From NCBI GenBank assembly GCA_045564035.1, contig JBJLIA010000034.1, forward strand, positions 1 to 59,641: a stretch of DNA of 59,641 nt. Direction: 5' to 3'. The stretch is from Gammaproteobacteria bacterium. Lineage in GTDB: Bacteria; Pseudomonadota; Gammaproteobacteria; Magnimaribacterales; D2472. The notes beneath the pieces are model-generated. The model ran no database searches and was not told the origin of the DNA. It was given only the letters and a program-made list of their open reading frames with translations. Within the stretch, counting starts at the first letter, position 1. Every line of letters begins with the position of its first letter. This document shows, piece after piece, positions 17,337 to 28,428 of this stretch. The translations under genes and the position numbers were made by a program.

Positions 17337-19752
17337 TACTAGCTTCTAAAAGGATACTTTCTGAGGAAGACCCAATTAGGATCCTATACGTGCCTCCTCT
17401 TATTTCCCAAGCACCTCTATCAACCGACCAATAGGAAAAATTTCTTGGCCCAAGATTAATTTCCATTTTTTTAAGTTCATTCGCACCTATTTCCCCTTTA
17501 ACAAAACCCTGCAAAGTTTTACAAGGCTGCTGAGGCATCAGATCTGAATAGCCTACATAACATTGAGCTGTTTCTAATCCAGGAATATCTCCAATGTTTT
17601 GAACTTCAAACTTACATGAGACAGCAAGATTATCATCGATTGTAACTTCTAGATTTTGATAATTAAAATTCGTAAATGACAACCCATGACCAAAACAAAA
17701 CAATGGCTTGATTGAGTTTGTCTCATACCATCTGTGCCCAACCAAAAGTTTTTCATCATAGTTCATTTGCAAATCATTTCCAGGATAGTGTTTGTAAGCA
17801 GGAGTATCTTCTATATTTGCTGGGAAGGTTGTTGGTAATTTACCTGATGGATTAACTTTTCCAGATAAAATATCAACCAAAGCATTTCCAAATTCTTGAC
17901 CAGCAAACCATGTTTGAACTATAGCTTTTGCTTTGCTTACCCAAGGCATATTAACTGGAGAACCAGTATTAATTACTAAGACTGTATTTGGATTAGCTTC
18001 TAATATTGCGTCAATTAATTTATTTTGATTTGCAGGTAAATTGAAATCAGCCCTATCATTTCCTTCTGTTTCCCAATCTGAATTAGTTCCGACAATCAAA
18101 AGAACCTCATCTGCATTGGTAGCCGTTTCAATAGCCTCTTGAAAGATATCGACCTCATCAGGAGCCTGACAACCAATATAGACTGCTGGAAAACTTCCTT
18201 CAAAATAATACTGAACTTCAATTTTATATGTTTCGCCTTTTTGAAAATTGGCAGTTCCCTTTCTTGAGGCAGAACTAAAAGTAAAAAAAGCCTCACCAGG
18301 ATCTCTACTAGTCCAATTATCAATAAGCTCATTGCCATCAATTAGCAAGCGACATTGCCCAATACCAAAAATTTCAAATTCATGTGTGCCAGAAATATCT
18401 GGCATATATTCACAAGAAAACTTTACAGAGATATTTGGTCTATCTTCTTTTGAAATTACATCTTTAGCAAAGCCTTCAAACACCCAAAACTTATTTCCTA
18501 TAAGACGCTCTTCTAAAATTAAATTTTCTTTAAATTGATTGCCATCAAAATATTCCACCAAGAAACCATCTTTGCTCCGCATGAGTTTTTCATCTATCTT
18601 TGGAAGGAATTTATGGGTATGACAGCCTTTCGAATATAAAATTTCTGTCTCATGTCCCAGTCTCTCACTTACTGCCCCTAGTGGATGAATTTGATAATGT
18701 GGCTTTAAGCTTGCGCTACCTCCGCCAATGATTTGTGCCTCTTTGGCATTAGGTCCAATAACTGCTAATTTTTTAATATTTTTTTTCAGGGGCAGTAAAC
18801 CTTCATTTTTTAACATAACCATCCCATCAGCAGCTGCTTTTCTTAATAGCAACCTGTGTGAAGATTGATCTATAGCTTCCTCATCTTTGATTTCTGATCT
18901 TTGCAAACGATTTGAGAATTCAGCAACAGTTAAAATTCTTCTAACCTTGTCATCAATCAATTCTTCGGAAACTTTTTTGGCTTCAACTGCATCAATCAAT
19001 GCTTTGCCCCAAACATTACTAGGCCCAGGCATTTCAAGATCTAAGCCACCATTTGCATTTTCTATTGTTTCAAGGGCTGCTCCCCAATCACTAACCACAT
19101 ATCCATCAAAACCCCATTCATCTTTAAGAATACTTATCAGCAGCTCCTGATGAGAACTACAAAAAATATTATTCAACTTATTGTATGCACTCATTACAAC
19201 CTTTGCATTGCCTTCTTTAATACCCATTTCAAATGGTAATAAATAAATTTCTCTCAAAGTCTGCTCATCTATATTTGAGCTGATGGAGTGACGCTCATAC
19301 TCAGTATCATTGCCAACAAAATGCTTTAAACAGGCTGCTACATTTTTGGATTGAACGCCTTGAACATAATTGGTTGCGATCTTTCCAGTTAAAAAAGGAT
19401 CTTCAGAGAAACTCTCAAAATGTCTCCCTCCTAAAGGATGCCTATGAATGTTAATAGTTGGGCCTAATAGAACATCTACATCTTTTGCTTGCGCTTCTTC
19501 ACCCAATGCAATGCCAATATTCTTTATTAACTTGAGATCCCATGTGGAACCTATTGATATTGCACAAGGAAAACAAGCTGAAGATTTACCAGAATTTGAG
19601 TCGCCTCGAACCCCGTTGGGGCCATCTGACATTTTTATGCTTGGAATATTTTTTTTCTCAATTTTGCTCGTATACCAAGAATTAAAGCCACTTAGCAAGG
19701 AAACTTTTTCATCTAATGTTAATGTGCCTATGATCTGATCTATATTTCCCAT
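17305..19752 (-). CDS. GH3 beta-glucosidase with PA14 insert and Fn3-like C-terminus (cytoplasmic)
   Basis: SDGPNGVRG, GRHFESFSEDP, KHF, VVSDW nucleophile, ETEGNDR and FGHGLSFT; no signal peptide. Confidence 0.92.
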   Translation of the reverse strand: MGNIDQIIGTLTLDEKVSLLSGFNSWYTSKIEKKNIPSIKMSDGPNGVRGDSNSGKSSACFPCAISIGSTWDLKLIKNIGIALGEEAQAKDVDVLLGPTINIHRHPLGGRHFESFSEDPFLTGKIATNYVQGVQSKNVAACLKHFVGNDTEYERHSISSNIDEQTLREIYLLPFEMGIKEGNAKVVMSAYNKLNNIFCSSHQELLISILKDEWGFDGYVVSDWGAALETIENANGGLDLEMPGPSNVWGKALIDAVEAKKVSEELIDDKVRRILTVAEFSNRLQRSEIKDEEAIDQSSHRLLLRKAAADGMVMLKNEGLLPLKKNIKKLAVIGPNAKEAQIIGGGSASLKPHYQIHPLGAVSERLGHETEILYSKGCHTHKFLPKIDEKLMRSKDGFLVEYFDGNQFKENLILEERLIGNKFWVFEGFAKDVISKEDRPNISVKFSCEYMPDISGTHEFEIFGIGQCRLLIDGNELIDNWTSRDPGEAFFTFSSASRKGTANFQKGETYKIEVQYYFEGSFPAVYIGCQAPDEVDIFQEAIETATNADEVLLIVGTNSDWETEGNDRADFNLPANQNKLIDAILEANPNTVLVINTGSPVNMPWVSKAKAIVQTWFAGQEFGNALVDILSGKVNPSGKLPTTFPANIEDTPAYKHYPGNDLQMNYDEKLLVGHRWYETNSIKPLFCFGHGLSFTNFNYQNLEVTIDDNLAVSCKFEVQNIGDIPGLETAQCYVGYSDLMPQQPCKTLQGFVKGEIGANELKKMEINLGPRNFSYWSVDRGAWEIRGGTYRILIGSSSESILLEASINLEQVLEVL

Positions 19753-19793
19753 GTGTTAATCTTAATTCCTTTGAAGTTAAAATACACTCTTAT

Positions 19794-20507
19794 ATGTCTT
19801 TAGAATTTATAAGTTTTTTTGCCGCCTTATCTTTCGTAACTTCTATGCTTACTTCTATTTTTAGTCTTGGAGGAGGGTTAATTATGCTTGTTGCCCTAGC
19901 ACAGTCTTTCTCTCCTGGCACTCTCATACCCTTACATGGAGCCATCCAACTTTCTAATAATTTATCAAGAACATATGTATATAGAGAATTTTTTAGATGG
20001 CATTTAATAAAAAATATTCTGATCGCTACAACTTTTGGAGCTCTTGTAGGAATACTTTTATTTGGAGCTATGCCTGAACAAATTTTGATATGGTTAATAG
20101 CAGGAACAATTTTATTTTTTACTTGGGCTCCTTTAGATAACCTTATTCTTTCAGTTATGCGAAATGATTGGTTCTGTGGGTTTATTTCGGGTTTTGCAGG
20201 TATTTTTATTGGCGCAAATGGACCCTTAGTTACCGCCTACATGCAAACAAAGAATTTATCTCCCGAATCATTGGTTGCAAATCATGGCGCAGTTATGATT
20301 TTTCAACACTCTATTAAAATTTTTTTATTTATGTATTTTTTTAGTTTTTCTTTAGAAGAATATCTTTTCTTTATTTTTATTTTAGCTCTTACTGGCTATG
20401 CAGGAGCAGTTTTAGGCAAGGCATTAATCTCTTCAATTTCTTTCGAAAGTTTTAACATTGTTTTGAAGTTGCTCTTGTCATTGCTTGCTTTAATTTTAGT
20501 TTTCTAG
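19794..20507 (+). CDS. TauE/SafE (sulfite exporter, TSUP) family membrane protein
   Basis: SLGGGLI, PLHGAIQLSNN and GANGPL; about 8 TM segments. Confidence 0.8.
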   Translation: MSLEFISFFAALSFVTSMLTSIFSLGGGLIMLVALAQSFSPGTLIPLHGAIQLSNNLSRTYVYREFFRWHLIKNILIATTFGALVGILLFGAMPEQILIWLIAGTILFFTWAPLDNLILSVMRNDWFCGFISGFAGIFIGANGPLVTAYMQTKNLSPESLVANHGAVMIFQHSIKIFLFMYFFSFSLEEYLFFIFILALTGYAGAVLGKALISSISFESFNIVLKLLLSLLALILVF

Positions 20508-20570
20508 GTTTTGATCTTATGTATAAAGTGCATTAGATGATAATTATTCGTACAATTAAATATACAAAAA

Positions 20571-21473
20571 ATGGATGATTCTATGAGGTTAGTGCTAGGT
20601 CTTTTTGGGTTGGAAAACTTCTACGGTGGGGACATTTCATCTTATATTGAAATCTCTCAAATGGGTGAAGAGTTAGGTTTTGATTCTGTAAGTGTTACAG
20701 ATCATGTGGTGATGGGAAAAAATCTTCATAAATATCCTTTTGGAAAATTTCCTCTTCCATCTGAGGCCCCATGGTATGAGCCATTATCTTTACTAACGAT
20801 GATTGCTTCTCACACAACTAAAATTAAGTTGGCAACAGCAATTCTAATTGCGCCATTAAGAAATCCAGCATTGCTTGCCAAGACAGTCGCTACTTTAGAT
20901 ACTATATCTAAAGGTAGATTGGAGCTTGGAGTAGGCATAGGTTGGCAAAAAGAAGAATTTGATACTGCCGGAGTGAGTTTTGAAGATCGCTCTGAGATAT
21001 TTTGGGAAACTTTAGATATTTGTAAATTGCTTTGGCAAGATAGCCCAATCTCTTTTCATGGGAAACACTTTAATTTTGATGATATTTGGTGCCATCCTCA
21101 ACCAACTCAAGGTCAAAATTTACCTTTGTTATTTGGTTTAAAGATGACTCGTGAAAATGCTCAAAGAATTTCTAAAGTAGGACATGGCTGGATTCCCATC
21201 AAAACAAGCAGGGACTTTATTTCTGCAGGAAAAGACATTTTAATGGAAGCATTTATCAAAGAGGGCAGGCAGGATCAACCCAGAATTCGTGGGCAGCTTC
21301 CCACATGTGTTGATAATAATGGAGTCCCTAATATTGATTTAACATTAAAAGAACTTGAAAAATCTATGGCTGCTGGTTTAGATGAAGTAGAAGTTTTCCC
21401 AATTAACTTTGTTCAGTCACCTGATGATATTTATAAGGTGCTTAAAATTATTTCAGAGGTAAAACAAATATGA
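20571..21473 (+). CDS. LLM-class flavin-dependent oxidoreductase (TIGR03619-like)
   Basis: GFDSVSVTDHVVM, PLRNPALLAK and GRLELGVGIGWQKEEF. Confidence 0.87.
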   Translation: MDDSMRLVLGLFGLENFYGGDISSYIEISQMGEELGFDSVSVTDHVVMGKNLHKYPFGKFPLPSEAPWYEPLSLLTMIASHTTKIKLATAILIAPLRNPALLAKTVATLDTISKGRLELGVGIGWQKEEFDTAGVSFEDRSEIFWETLDICKLLWQDSPISFHGKHFNFDDIWCHPQPTQGQNLPLLFGLKMTRENAQRISKVGHGWIPIKTSRDFISAGKDILMEAFIKEGRQDQPRIRGQLPTCVDNNGVPNIDLTLKELEKSMAAGLDEVEVFPINFVQSPDDIYKVLKIISEVKQI

Positions 21474-21907
21474 CAAAAAATACTATTTCTTCAAAGCTCT
21501 CCAATTTACTCGTTCCTTCAAAGTTATCTAATTTATATGCCTCTATCATTGATCAAAGAAAATTTTCTAGTTTGAGCACTATCATGTGGGATGAATTTTC
21601 CATGAGTGGACATTTTGAAATTACTGGCTTGGAGAATTTCATAGCTGCTATGCAGCAACTTGAAAATTATCAAAGCACTATGCACCAGATCATGAATGTT
21701 CAAGGAGAATGGAGAGAAAATTTATATACAGGAGAAACATATTGTGTAGCTAGTCATATGTTTGATCAGGACGAAAAGCCTCATAAATTAGACATGGGCA
21801 TTGTCTACTCTGATGTTATTGAAGTAAGGGAGGGGACTGCTAAATTTATTTCTCGAAATTTTTTACTTAAATGGAAAAAAACTGATGTCCTAGATATTCC
21901 AGAGTGA
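21470..21907 (+). CDS. SnoaL/NTF2-like protein
   Basis: YASIIDQR, STMHQIMN, GETYCVASH and MGIVYSD; ATGA overlap with the LLM gene. Confidence 0.75.
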   Translation: MTKNTISSKLSNLLVPSKLSNLYASIIDQRKFSSLSTIMWDEFSMSGHFEITGLENFIAAMQQLENYQSTMHQIMNVQGEWRENLYTGETYCVASHMFDQDEKPHKLDMGIVYSDVIEVREGTAKFISRNFLLKWKKTDVLDIPE

Positions 21908-21909
21908 GA

Positions 21910-22812
21910 TTAAATATTGTTAAATTCTTTTAAAGATCTGTTAAAAAAATTTATCAGCATCCCAATGCTTTCCATTCCAGCAAAATTTGGCCTCGTAATT
22001 AAGACAATCTCACGATGAGGCCCGGGCTCGTTTAAATGCGATATAGATAATTTGTCTTTATTTCCAATTAATTCTTTTAAGGCCATTTTTGGAACAAGGG
22101 TTGTCCCCATCTCCCCTTTTACTAATTGAATGAGTGTATTGAGACTAGATGCTTTTAAAGTGTATTGGGTAGAAGAAGAAATATTACATGCATCTAAAAT
22201 ATGATCTTTTAAGCAGTGCCCATCTTCTAGCAGCATCAATTCCGATTGCTCAAGTTCAGATGCTTTAATTTCAGCTTTCCCAGCATTTTTATTTAAGCGA
22301 TGTGAAACCCAAAAAAAATCCTCTTCCCAAAATTTAAAGCTTATAAGATGCTCAAGATCATATGGCAGAGCTAAAATAGCCATATCTAAATCACCTTCTT
22401 TTACTTTATTTATCAGCATCTGAGACTGACCCTCCTCAATCTTTAATTTGAGATTTTGGAACTCTTTTTTAATTTTTGGCAAAATTATTGGAAGAAAATA
22501 TGGGCTAATTGTTGGAATGATCCCAATCGATAAAGAATGTATCAATCCGCTTGAATTATGCTGCGCAAGTTCATGAATAGATTTCACTTCTAACTTTATA
22601 TTTCTAGCCTTGACTAAAATTTTTTTTCCAAGTTCTGTCACAATGACTTTCTTATTACTTCTTTCAAATATTTTTACTTCAAGTTGTGCTTCTAAATCAC
22701 TGATGGCATTACTCAAAGTGGAAGGAGAAATAAAACATTCATCAGCAGCCTTTTTGAAGTGGAGATTTTTTGCAACCGCTAAAGCGTAATCAATTTGTTT
22801 TAAAGAAATCAT
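21910..22812 (-). CDS. oxyR: Hydrogen-peroxide-inducible LysR regulator OxyR
   Basis: LysR HTH, IIPTISPY and GHCLKDHILDAC with both redox cysteines; divergent from katG. Confidence 0.88.
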   Translation of the reverse strand: MISLKQIDYALAVAKNLHFKKAADECFISPSTLSNAISDLEAQLEVKIFERSNKKVIVTELGKKILVKARNIKLEVKSIHELAQHNSSGLIHSLSIGIIPTISPYFLPIILPKIKKEFQNLKLKIEEGQSQMLINKVKEGDLDMAILALPYDLEHLISFKFWEEDFFWVSHRLNKNAGKAEIKASELEQSELMLLEDGHCLKDHILDACNISSSTQYTLKASSLNTLIQLVKGEMGTTLVPKMALKELIGNKDKLSISHLNEPGPHREIVLITRPNFAGMESIGMLINFFNRSLKEFNNI

Positions 22813-22822
22813 GGCCTATATA

Positions 22823-22893
22823 TTATCATTTATAAAATCGAATATAACATTCTTTTTTTATATATTTACCAATACATTAAATACATATAAAAT
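22823..22893 (+). promoter_or_regulatory. katG promoter with possible degenerate OxyR site
   Basis: TTTACC (22865-22870), 17 nt, TAAAAT (22888-22893). Upstream ATCG-N7-CATT (22837-22851) resembles the OxyR ATAG-N7-CTAT unit. Confidence 0.4.
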
Positions 22894-22927
22894 GACTTTA
22901 GCCACAGCTTTTACGCAGTGAATTTAA

Positions 22928-25090
<2,163 letters not shown>

Positions 25091-25108
25091 ACAAGAGTAA
25101 ACTAAATT

Positions 25109-25501
25109 ATGAAAAAACCGAATATTTTTAGACGGTTCATAATATTCATTGTTGACTCTTGGAGAGGGGTCATGGATGTGAGGTTTAATCCCCTGAAACA
25201 TATAGATCCAAGCCTACAAACATACTTCATGCTAGTCCTGTTTACTATTTGGAGTATATCTTTTGGATTGATAGCAATATTTTGGCTTGGATTTATTGGC
25301 TATAGCATTCCCATAAGTATATTGGTCCATGTAGCAATAATCATTCCTATAGCATTTACAAATGCAGTATTTGTTGATGCTGAAAGAGATGGTGAAAACT
25401 GGTTAAAAGAATGGCGTGAAGAGCAATCGAGATACAAGCTAGTTATCAATAGGCTAAAAACCAAGAACCTAGTGATATGGGATCCAAACAAAGAGGCATA
25501 A
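25109..25501 (+). CDS. Uncharacterised two-TM membrane protein
   Basis: 130-aa ORF 18 nt after katG; SWRGVMDVRFNPLKHI followed by two hydrophobic helices. Confidence 0.75.
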   Translation: MKKPNIFRRFIIFIVDSWRGVMDVRFNPLKHIDPSLQTYFMLVLFTIWSISFGLIAIFWLGFIGYSIPISILVHVAIIIPIAFTNAVFVDAERDGENWLKEWREEQSRYKLVINRLKTKNLVIWDPNKEA

Positions 25502-25529
25502 TAGAAATTATTTCTAATTAAAGAAAATT

Positions 25530-25706
25530 TCAATAATGCGGTGGTTTCTCATAGTCTATTTCTGGAAAGCTGTACTTTTTGTCTTTTTTTCTCGTAGTTT
25601 TCTTTGTGTGTTTTGACATTACATCAGCCGCATCATCAACAGCACTTGGCATATCTTTTTTTCCCGACCTGAACCGATTAATATGCTCAGCTTTGACTTT
25701 TTTCAT
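25530..25706 (-). CDS. Small basic hypothetical protein
   Basis: Fills the gap before coaD; probable ATG at 25706 (MKKVKAEHINRFRSG) with TAAAAT 7 nt upstream. Confidence 0.6.
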   Translation of the reverse strand: MKKVKAEHINRFRSGKKDMPSAVDDAADVMSKHTKKTTRKKDKKYSFPEIDYEKPPHY

Positions 25707-25771
25707 ATGCTTTATTTTACACAATCATTACAGGATTTTGCTGAATTAAGAATGTTTAGTATCATTCGATT

Positions 25772-26254
25772 ATGAAAACAGCTATTTATCCAGGTTCTTT
25801 TGATCCAATTACTTTTGGTCATATTGATATTGTAGAAAGAGCAGCAGCTTTATTTGATAAGGTTATTATTGGAGTTGCTGAAAGTCAGTCTAAAAATCCC
25901 TTGTTCAGTGTTGACGAAAGAATTGCACTCATTTCGGAAATATTTAAAGATAATCCCAAGATTGAGGTTTTAGGTTATTCTCGTAAATTAACGGTAGATT
26001 TAGCTCGAGATAATCATGCTATTGCAATTATTAGAGGTCTTAGAGCTGTAGCTGATTTCGAATATGAATTCCAATTAGCAACCATGAATCGAAGTCTTGC
26101 CCCCGATATTGAGAGTATTTTTTTCACACCAAAAGATACTTTGATATATGTTTCATCGAGTCTTGTGAAAGAAATAGCAACGCTGGGTGGAGATGTATCA
26201 AGATTTGTGTCTCCAAATGTTAAAGCTGCGTTACTTAAAAAGATTTCTGACTAA
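25772..26254 (+). CDS. coaD: Phosphopantetheine adenylyltransferase
   Basis: YPGSFDPITFGH, RGLRAVADFEYE and VSSSLVKE. Confidence 0.97.
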   Translation: MKTAIYPGSFDPITFGHIDIVERAAALFDKVIIGVAESQSKNPLFSVDERIALISEIFKDNPKIEVLGYSRKLTVDLARDNHAIAIIRGLRAVADFEYEFQLATMNRSLAPDIESIFFTPKDTLIYVSSSLVKEIATLGGDVSRFVSPNVKAALLKKISD

Positions 26255-27063
26255 GTTTGGCATTTGCAACAGTAAAATGTTGCTCTCTGAGATTGGACAA
26301 TTCTCTTAATGAACTCTTTTTTGCATGATAAGCAAGTTTCATTTGCTCGGTCATATACAGCTAAATCAATTTTAAAATACCCTTTATTACCATCAGGCTT
26401 ATAGAAGTCATTCAAAGTGGTTCCGCCAGCTTCAATGGCTCGCTCTAAAATTTTTTTAGTGAATAGAGAGATTTTGCTCGCCTCTTTTTTTGTTATTGTT
26501 TTGCTTTTTCTTGTAGGGCAAATTTTTGCTGCAAATAATATCTCATTTGCGTAAATATTTCCTATACCCACTACATTAGCCTGATTCATAAGTGCAGTTT
26601 TGATTGGCGAAGAAGATTTTTTTATTTTATGAAAAAAATATTCTCCATTGAATTCTTCAGAAAGAGGTTCGGGCCCTAAACTATTCAATAAAAAATGTTC
26701 ATTTGATTTTTGAATAAAATGCATAGATCCAAATCTTCTAGGATCATTGAAAATTAATTTCCCCTTTTGGAATATAAACTCAATGTGATCATGTTTTTTG
26801 TAGAAGTTGGAATTTTTTTTGGCAATTCTCAGCGTTCCAGTCATTCCCAGATGAATGAGTATTTGAGATTTTTCTATAGCTATTAATATATATTTTGCTC
26901 TTCTGCTGATTCCTTTAACCTTCATTCCATTTAAGGCATAAAAAGCTGAGCTGTCTACTTTCCATCGAAGATTAGGATTATATATTTTTATAGATTCTAA
27001 ATTTTGACTAGTAAACTCTTGAATGGCTTGGACTGAGGTTTCTACTTCTGGTAATTCAGGCAT
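26251..27063 (-). CDS. mutM: Formamidopyrimidine-DNA glycosylase
   Basis: MPELPEVE, HLGMTG, DPRRFG, GIGNIYANE and C-terminal Cys4 zinc finger. Confidence 0.96.
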   Translation of the reverse strand: MPELPEVETSVQAIQEFTSQNLESIKIYNPNLRWKVDSSAFYALNGMKVKGISRRAKYILIAIEKSQILIHLGMTGTLRIAKKNSNFYKKHDHIEFIFQKGKLIFNDPRRFGSMHFIQKSNEHFLLNSLGPEPLSEEFNGEYFFHKIKKSSSPIKTALMNQANVVGIGNIYANEILFAAKICPTRKSKTITKKEASKISLFTKKILERAIEAGGTTLNDFYKPDGNKGYFKIDLAVYDRANETCLSCKKEFIKRIVQSQRATFYCCKCQT

Positions 27064-27132
27064 TTTTGATGATCACAAAGTACGAAGTTCATGCGTTTTA
27101 ATTAGGTTGGAATTATTCTGATGGAATTTCTA

Positions 27133-27936
27133 TCATTCATCTTTCCAGTCCGGCGATCTTTTATTGATAAAGGCATCAATACCTTCTTTTGCATCATTTT
27201 TAAGAAGGTTTTCAGCCATAACCTTTGATGTATATTCGTATGCCTTAGATAGATCCATCTCAGCTTGGGCGTAGAAAGCTTTTTTCCCAGTTTTGATGGT
27301 CATAAAGGACTTACTAGCTATTTTAGTTGTTAATTCTTTTATTGCAGTATCAAGTTCATTTTTGCCAATCACATCATTAATTAATCCTATTTCTTTTGCT
27401 TTTTTGGCTGAAATTAGATCGCCAGTAAGAAGCATTTGCATTGCATCTTTCCTGCCAACACTTCTTGAAAGAGCAACCATTGGTGTTGAGCAAAAAAGCC
27501 CAATATTTACTCCTGGAGTCGCGAATTTAGATTCCTGCGTTGCGATTGCAAGGTCGCAACTTGCAACTAATTGACACCCTGCGGCTGTGGCAATGCCATC
27601 AACTTCAGCAATCACTGGTTGCGGCACATCAATAATAAGTTGCATCAATGTAGAGCATAAATTAAAAACTTCTTTGAAATATTTCTCTCCCTCATCTTCA
27701 TTCTCTCTAGCTGTCGTAATTTCCTTTAAGTTATGACCTGCACTAAAAACATTTCCATTTCCAGCCAAAATTATCACTTTAATAGAGCTATCCTTTGACG
27801 CATTTTTGAATTCATTTATTAAGGAGCACATCATTTCTTCTGATAATGAATTTTTCGATACCAAATCGTTCATTGTGAGACGAAGGATTCCTTGATCAGA
27901 CCTTTCCTTGATTAAGAGTTGTACGTTTTTATTCAT
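27133..27936 (-). CDS. Enoyl-CoA hydratase/isomerase family protein
   Basis: FSAGHNLKE, ATAAGCQLVASCDL and ATPGVNIGLFCSTP. Confidence 0.9.
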   Translation of the reverse strand: MNKNVQLLIKERSDQGILRLTMNDLVSKNSLSEEMMCSLINEFKNASKDSSIKVIILAGNGNVFSAGHNLKEITTARENEDEGEKYFKEVFNLCSTLMQLIIDVPQPVIAEVDGIATAAGCQLVASCDLAIATQESKFATPGVNIGLFCSTPMVALSRSVGRKDAMQMLLTGDLISAKKAKEIGLINDVIGKNELDTAIKELTTKIASKSFMTIKTGKKAFYAQAEMDLSKAYEYTSKVMAENLLKNDAKEGIDAFINKRSPDWKDE

Positions 27937-27971
27937 TACAGATTTATTAAAAGCTATTTTATTTTTGAAGT

Positions 27972-28382
27972 CTAATGTGCATTATCTAATTCTATTTTTG
28001 GGCATCTATCCATGACAACTTTCAAGCCAGATTTTTCTGCTAATTCTGCAGCTTCTGTATTAATTATGCCTAATTGAGTCCAAATAACTTTCGCTTTAAT
28101 TTCAATTGATTGCTTGGTGATCCCCATGATTGCATCTGTAGCTCTAAAAATATCAACCATATCAATTTTTTCGCTAATTGAGCTTAGATCTTTATAACAA
28201 CGCTGCCCTAAAATTAAATTGCCTTCTTCATTAGGATTGACTGGAAAGACCCTATAATTATTTTCTATAAGCGATTGCATAACCTTAAAACTATCTCTTT
28301 CTTTCTTAGCGCTAGCACCAACAACTGCAATTGTTTTAACTTCATTAAGTATTTCTCTTATGTACGATTTAGAGTAATTCAT
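27972..28382 (-). CDS. CoA-binding protein (YccU-like)
   Basis: IAVVGAS, PVNP, DMVDIFR, WTQLG and VVMDRC. Confidence 0.9.
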   Translation of the reverse strand: MNYSKSYIREILNEVKTIAVVGASAKKERDSFKVMQSLIENNYRVFPVNPNEEGNLILGQRCYKDLSSISEKIDMVDIFRATDAIMGITKQSIEIKAKVIWTQLGIINTEAAELAEKSGLKVVMDRCPKIELDNAH

Positions 28383-28428
28383 GACCGCCTAGTTAATATG
28401 AGAGTTAATCTCAGACTAAGAAAGAGCA

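Noticed and set aside
28390..28418. Hairpin TGAGA-GTTAA-TCTCA between tolC and yccU-like gene
   Set aside because: Weak AT-rich stem with no U-tract; cannot be supported as a terminator.
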